Below are positions 36,264 to 41,069 of a stretch of 41,069 nucleotides of DNA, piece by piece (position 1 is the first letter of the stretch; every line of letters starts with the position of its first letter). Source of the stretch: Sphacelaria rigidula (Eukaryota); NCBI GenBank assembly GCA_964200075.2, contig CAXNAA020000008.1, positions 1 to 41,069 on the forward strand. The letters are read 5' to 3'. Position numbers and translations under genes: made by a program. Under the pieces are notes generated by a model. That model worked only from the letters and a program-made list of their open reading frames with translations. It searched no databases and had not been told where the DNA came from.

Positions 36264-39200
36264 CTGTACCAAACAACATGGCACACGACAACGATGGATG
36301 GGGATCGGACACCGGTTTGTGCAAGGTGCTTCTTTTCATCTTATTCCTGCCGATCAGCCGCGGTCCATCATAAAGGGTTACGGGCACTACATTCGATCCT
36401 CGACACTTTACCCGGTTACCCAAGTCAGTCAGACCTTCGGTGCACATCCCCTTGTCGCTCCCACTAAAACATGGGAAGGCCATCATATACAGGGAATGAT
36501 TTCCAGGTCGATAGGACTTTGTACGTTGATAGTGTTTACCCTTGGGGGCCCCACATGTTACAACAACTGGTAATGTGGAAACACGTGAGATGAAGACAAA
36601 AATGTGCCTTACCCGTCACACAGGCAAAGGACTTACAAGAAACGGCCGGGGGGGTAGAACTCGACACGGGGAAATATATGTCACCACATGACAACTCATG
36701 GAAAGCGAACAGAAGATATGCCTCTCAGAAATGCATTCGACCACGATTTCCGGCCCGGGTGGGCCGGAAATCCGTCACCACGGCGGAATATTCAGGGATC
36801 AGTGAGTGTGCTATCATCAATCGGAATAGAAAGCGAAATCGGGCACAAGGAGAACACTTCAATCACCTTCGCCTTCTTCGATTCGGGCTCCTCAGTACCG
36901 CCAGTTACTTCCGCCACCGGTCGGGTGGTGGCCTCAGTCTCGGCAGGTGCCGCCTCTGTCGCAGCGGGTGTCTCTGCCGCCTTCTCTGCCGTCTCCTCCG
37001 CGGGCGCCGCCGCGGCCTCCTCGGCCGGCTTGTCTGCGGGGGTTTCAGCAGTCGCCTCAGCAGGTGCTGCTGCTGCCGGCTCCTCGGCAGGCTTCGCCGC
37101 CTCAGCCTGCAGAAGCGAGATGGACGGAAAATCGCGATTGCCGGAGGGAGGGTTAAGGGGAGCGGGTGAGGGGGCAGAAAAACGCCAGATATCGAAGGGT
37201 AGTTCATGGGTTCAACAGGGGTTTTGTTCGAGCACGAGCTGCCGCAGATTGACTTTGAATCGACCACCACAATTTGCCATTGACAACAGCTTCGTTCATC
37301 AGTACAACCTCAAATTTGAAATTGTACTGATGAACGGGGAAGGGGGTATCTCAGTCCTAGCATCAGAAGTGCTCGCAGTGGGGGAAATCCATGTTCCATG
37401 CGCCATAGCAAAAAGAGGGTCAAGGTTCAACAGTTTGCGCTGTAGGCCGGAAGCTCGACAGACAATTAGCTGGGTGATGTTGAGCCCGCAATGAAGCGGC
37501 CGATGCTCTCTCGGGTACATCGACCAAACGCTCTACTCGCACCGTGTCATTTCGGTGTCGAGTCATGATCAACTATCAGCCACACTATGCTTTGTTTCAT
37601 GTTGAAGTGTACGGCTCGTCAGGACTGCTCAACTTCGAGTAGCGATTCCAACCGCGCTCCACCCCCACCTGTATTTTTTCAACCACCTGGGAATTTTGGT
37701 ACCGACGGTGTTGAACGCTAAAGTCATTGAAGCAGTCTTGAACAGGGAGTTCAAAATTCAAAATTTGATTTCTTGTTCGTAGTTTGACTGAAACTACTGT
37801 TGTGACAGGGAAGTCTCCGATACTTTCACAAAAAATCAAAATATAACTCCCCAGAAAGAGCACGACCAGACGACTGATTCACCGCTGCTGCGTTGTAGCT
37901 GACGGCTTTTGCCTCAGATCATAATTGAAGCAGCAGACGAGTGATGAAGCGCAGCAGCCAGTGACATGTAATGTGCGCGGATGCACCAAAGGGAACAGCA
38001 TTTGTACCACATGAAACCAAGCTGTAGCTGCGGGTAACTCTGAGGGACAAGTACAGGTGAAAATGAATATGCTGGAAACTTCGAAGGCGCGGCAACAACA
38101 AGCTCTACCCACACCCGACCAGAGGGGGCTCATGTGATTTGAGATACCTTCCCAAGTCAAATCGAGATTCCCAACGTGTCTGTCGTGTTTCGGTACGATG
38201 GACAAAAATTCAAAAATTCAAATTCCAAGAGAACTAACGAGGATCAGCGAATGCTGCGCCTTCTCCACAGTAGCTGTCCCATTAGCAGTAACGATACACG
38301 TGTGTCTGTAAACTGACAGCTCTCTCAGAGACAGGAATATTTTATCACACGTCAAGTGTTGGTGTGACAGCAACAGGCGGGCGTAGTCCATTCTGTGTCA
38401 GTGACCAGATGCTGGGCCTCTCGCTTCATCTCGATATACAGACCGGACACCCGGGACCTCCACCGACGAACATTAACCTGCTCCATTATCCGTTCAGCTG
38501 AGCATGTCTACGGATGCGAAAAGAACATTATGCTCACCCCTTCCGCCGCCTTCTCGTCCGTGCCGTTGGCAGCGGCGCCGTTGGTCTCCGCAGCCTTATC
38601 CATGTGGGCAAGGAGGGCTTCAAGAAGGGCCGGCTGTAACGTGTTTTCGAGGTCGTGATTGATCAAGCACAATCGTTTTTCAAATATGAACAGAGAGGAA
38701 AGGGGAGAACGAAGAACACGAAAGGAATATAAGACGGTGTTGGCGTGAAGTTGTCGGTTGATGCGTGTACATACATGAATGAGAGGTTTGCCGGACAGGA
38801 TGAGGCAATCGAAACAAGTGACGCTCGATGAATGATGGTGGGCAGCGGGAAACGCGGCAGACGAGTCGGGGGAAGGGGGGGGGCGGGTTTTGCACAGAAT
38901 GATGTTACACAACGCGGGGAAGCCGTCCGTTCCACACCGAACCATGCCATTAATAGGACCGCCCCCTGTCTCAGCTTGAATCCTCAAATTTTGAAAAATC
39001 GAATATTCCGCGGGGTTTTGCATGGTGCTCCCGCTCCTGTTTTGGACGGCTGTAGGGCAGCAGAGTTACTTGGGTCGTAAGGCAGTCATACCCTAGCTTT
39101 CTACGAGATGCACACACAAGCACTCCGGTTCCGCCGACATGGATCAATCTCGATATCTGGAGTTTGTAGTCGGTGCACTCTGATTCCGTACGGATGGATG

Positions 39201-40199
39201 AACAAATGAACTCCCAGTCGTCAGGGATATCAAACGCACCAAGTGTCCGAAAGAAAAAACTCAGCATAATAAAAAGTAGGTCCGCTTGCCCAAATCGGGA
39301 TCACTAAACCTTGATACAGGAGAACTCAGAGCGGCAAATACCAACGGACAAGGACAACCACAGCACTGGATCTAGCGCTTCGACAAGCACGAGCTGCATG
39401 TGAATGATAGTCGGTGCGTAGTTCCTTTTTGATTGGGGTTCATCAGCAGTTGGAGATATCATGTGCTCGAGGTGTTGATGACTGCTTGTACAGAGTTAGA
39501 GGGAGCCAGACGCTGTAAAACAAAGCCACTGGAATATCTGCTGTTGTGGTTTCAGGAGCTGGAAAAACTTAAAATACCAACACGCACCAAAAATAGTCGC
39601 CTGCCGAAAGAAACAGCGACAAATATCCGCCGCCGACAACAAACAAGCACGACCCGAGGGATCTCACACTGTGTACCCGACAGAAGGGATGGAGAGATAT
39701 TGTTGATGTGAAGCGCTTGTGTCGGGGCTCGAGTAAGGGCTGCCAATCTCTGGCGCGAAGGCCAGCACCAGTGAAACCAACACATCGATTGCGGTGCTCA
39801 AAATTTCACGCCGTTGGCCGTCGCTTATGACGCCGATCCGCACAACAACAGAGTGAAATCAACGACACACCGACATCGAATAGCATGACAACGTCCATCA
39901 TTGAAGCAAGCAGCCCTCTTCGGGACGTCGCACCATCGTGTGTTCTGTCTGTCCTCAATTGTTCCCACAGAGGGGAATCTGCAAATATCCGCGATAAAAG
40001 AAAAAGGGGTGCTCGTTCGCGCAACACCCGCACACGCTTGGCTCTTCCCTTCCCCCGAAAGCAAGCGATCCGAAATAAAACAGAAGTGGTCTAACGGCAG
40101 TACCTTGAGGCCCTCAGTCGGCAAGCCACGGCTCGTGAGCTCAGTCTTAAGCTCCTCTACAGTCAACGCCTCCGCCTCAGCCTTAGTGGTGATAGCCAT
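36165..40199 (-). CDS. Small SAP-domain protein with acidic Ala/Glu/Pro-rich tail and SKKAK NLS-like motif; 4 coding exons, 176 aa
   Basis: Exons 40199-40104, 38633-38538, 37106-36867 and 36263-36165 (TGA), all phase-0 GT..AG. SAP motif LTVEELKTELTSRGLPTEGLK|PALLEALL. CT-rich leader upstream of the ATG. Confidence 0.82.
36867..37106 (-). CDS. SAP-only gene exon 3 (Ala/Glu/Pro-rich, ends TGGTEEPESKKAK)
   Basis: CTGCAG| acceptor, |GTGATT donor, 240 nt, open. Confidence 0.85.
38538..38633 (-). CDS. SAP-only gene exon 2 (PALLEALLAHMDK...KAAEG)
   Basis: TTACAG| acceptor, |GTGAGC donor, 96 nt, SAP helix 2. Confidence 0.85.
40104..40199 (-). CDS. SAP-only gene exon 1 (MAITTKAEAEALTVEELKTELTSRGLPTEGLK)
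   Basis: ATG to AAG|GTACTG, 96 nt, N-terminal part of the SAP motif. Confidence 0.85.
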
Positions 40200-40688
40200 G
40201 GTCCAAAGTATGAGGAGGTGGAGTCGGAGAGGAAGATGTAGAGGGCTTGCGAAGAAGACGGGTGGAGGTTTGTGGGGGCAGGGAAGCAGCAGGCAATTTG
40301 GAGAGAGTTGTAATTCCAGTTTTTGTGCTTGTCTCGGTTCAATCCCCGCGTGGTTGTGACCAATCAACATCGCTCCATGAAAAATGTGGAGGCATTTTGG
40401 TGCCATCACTTTGACATACGTAAACCTCGGCCTACATCTCTGGCGATATATGTACAGCTTTTTTCTGGATGACACATATATTGTCCTCTCACCCGCGGTC
40501 ATTATGACAGAGGCGTTATATTTTGCATTGTGTTTTCCGTTTATCACAGTGTATATGACTACCGATTTTGATTGTTAACCCGTCGTTGGTGCTCACCTAC
40601 GGTATACTCAAGCAGTCAGTACATATATGGGCGATTGCAGCAGCAGTGGATGTTATTAATAGTAGCATGCAGCAGCTTAGCGGCAGTA

Positions 40689-41000
40689 CACGCGCGGCCA
40701 TTTGGCTACCCCCCAAAATGCCCCCGGACGGATGCATGGCCCTCCAGAAGCAAAACAAGCCTCCGGAGGCCTTCAATCCCTCTGGAGGAAACCAAACACT
40801 ACCGACCGGAGGAATTTGGGGGTATGCGCGGCCCTCCAGAGGCAAAAACAAGCCTCCGGGGACGTTCAATCCCTCTGGAGAGAACCGAAAAAACTCCTCT
40901 TCAGGGCCGCGCACTCCTCCGGAAGCGTTTAATTCCCGTAGAGGCTCGAAAAGTTTACCCACCTGGAGGAATTTGGGGGGTAGCCTAATGACCGCATGTT
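40689..41000. mobile_element. MITE-like element with ~38-bp TIRs and internal ~92-bp tandem units
   Basis: gcggccatttggctaccccccaaa ... tttggggggtagcctaatgaccgc; internal ggccctccaga..caaaa.caagcctccgg..ttcaatccctctggag x2. Confidence 0.75.
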
Positions 41001-41023
41001 GTTGTTGTTGTTGTTGTTGTTGT
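40997..41023. repeat. (TGT)9 microsatellite
   Basis: Direct reading. Confidence 0.9.
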
Positions 41024-41069
41024 CTTCACATTAAAAGCCGTTCCGATATCTGCGCGGTACATTGGTACT

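Noticed and set aside
36688-37494. 268-aa + strand ORF (likewise 27566-28033, 21057-21299 and 19378-19665)
   Set aside because: Antisense shadows of low-complexity minus-strand exons
40730-40980. CRISPR-like array (also 5720-5880 and 8560-8800)
   Set aside because: Degenerate tandem units without unique spacers, no cas genes, eukaryotic context

Overview
Eukaryotic, intron-rich, ~50% GC, repeat-dense DNA. Gene structure and the SINE/MITE-type repeats suggest a stramenopile, most plausibly a brown alga (inference only). I reconstructed two tandem minus-strand genes by hand, with GT-AG junctions and continuous frames. (1) A 4-exon, 176-aa protein at 40199-36165 consisting of a SAP domain, an acidic Ala/Glu tract and an NLS-like motif. 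(2) A 16-exon, ~701-aa hnRNP R/Q-like protein at 32011-19477: SAP, acidic 9-aa repeats, NLS-like motif, 3 RRMs, RGG and a Q/G/S/Y tail. The two genes share a 96-nt first coding exon, the same intron position inside SAP, and a TGGxxxPxSKKAK|T exon-end motif, so the upstream gene looks like an RRM-less paralogue of the downstream gene's N-terminal half. The rest is mostly non-autonomous transposons (several MITE and foldback families, tRNA-derived SINEs), a ~5-kb unclassified decayed element with a second inverted copy at the window start, a weak candidate orphan gene at 17.6-18.5 kb and a 10-N assembly gap. No rRNA, true tRNA or CRISPR array was seen. No database searches were possible, so all novelty statements are untested.
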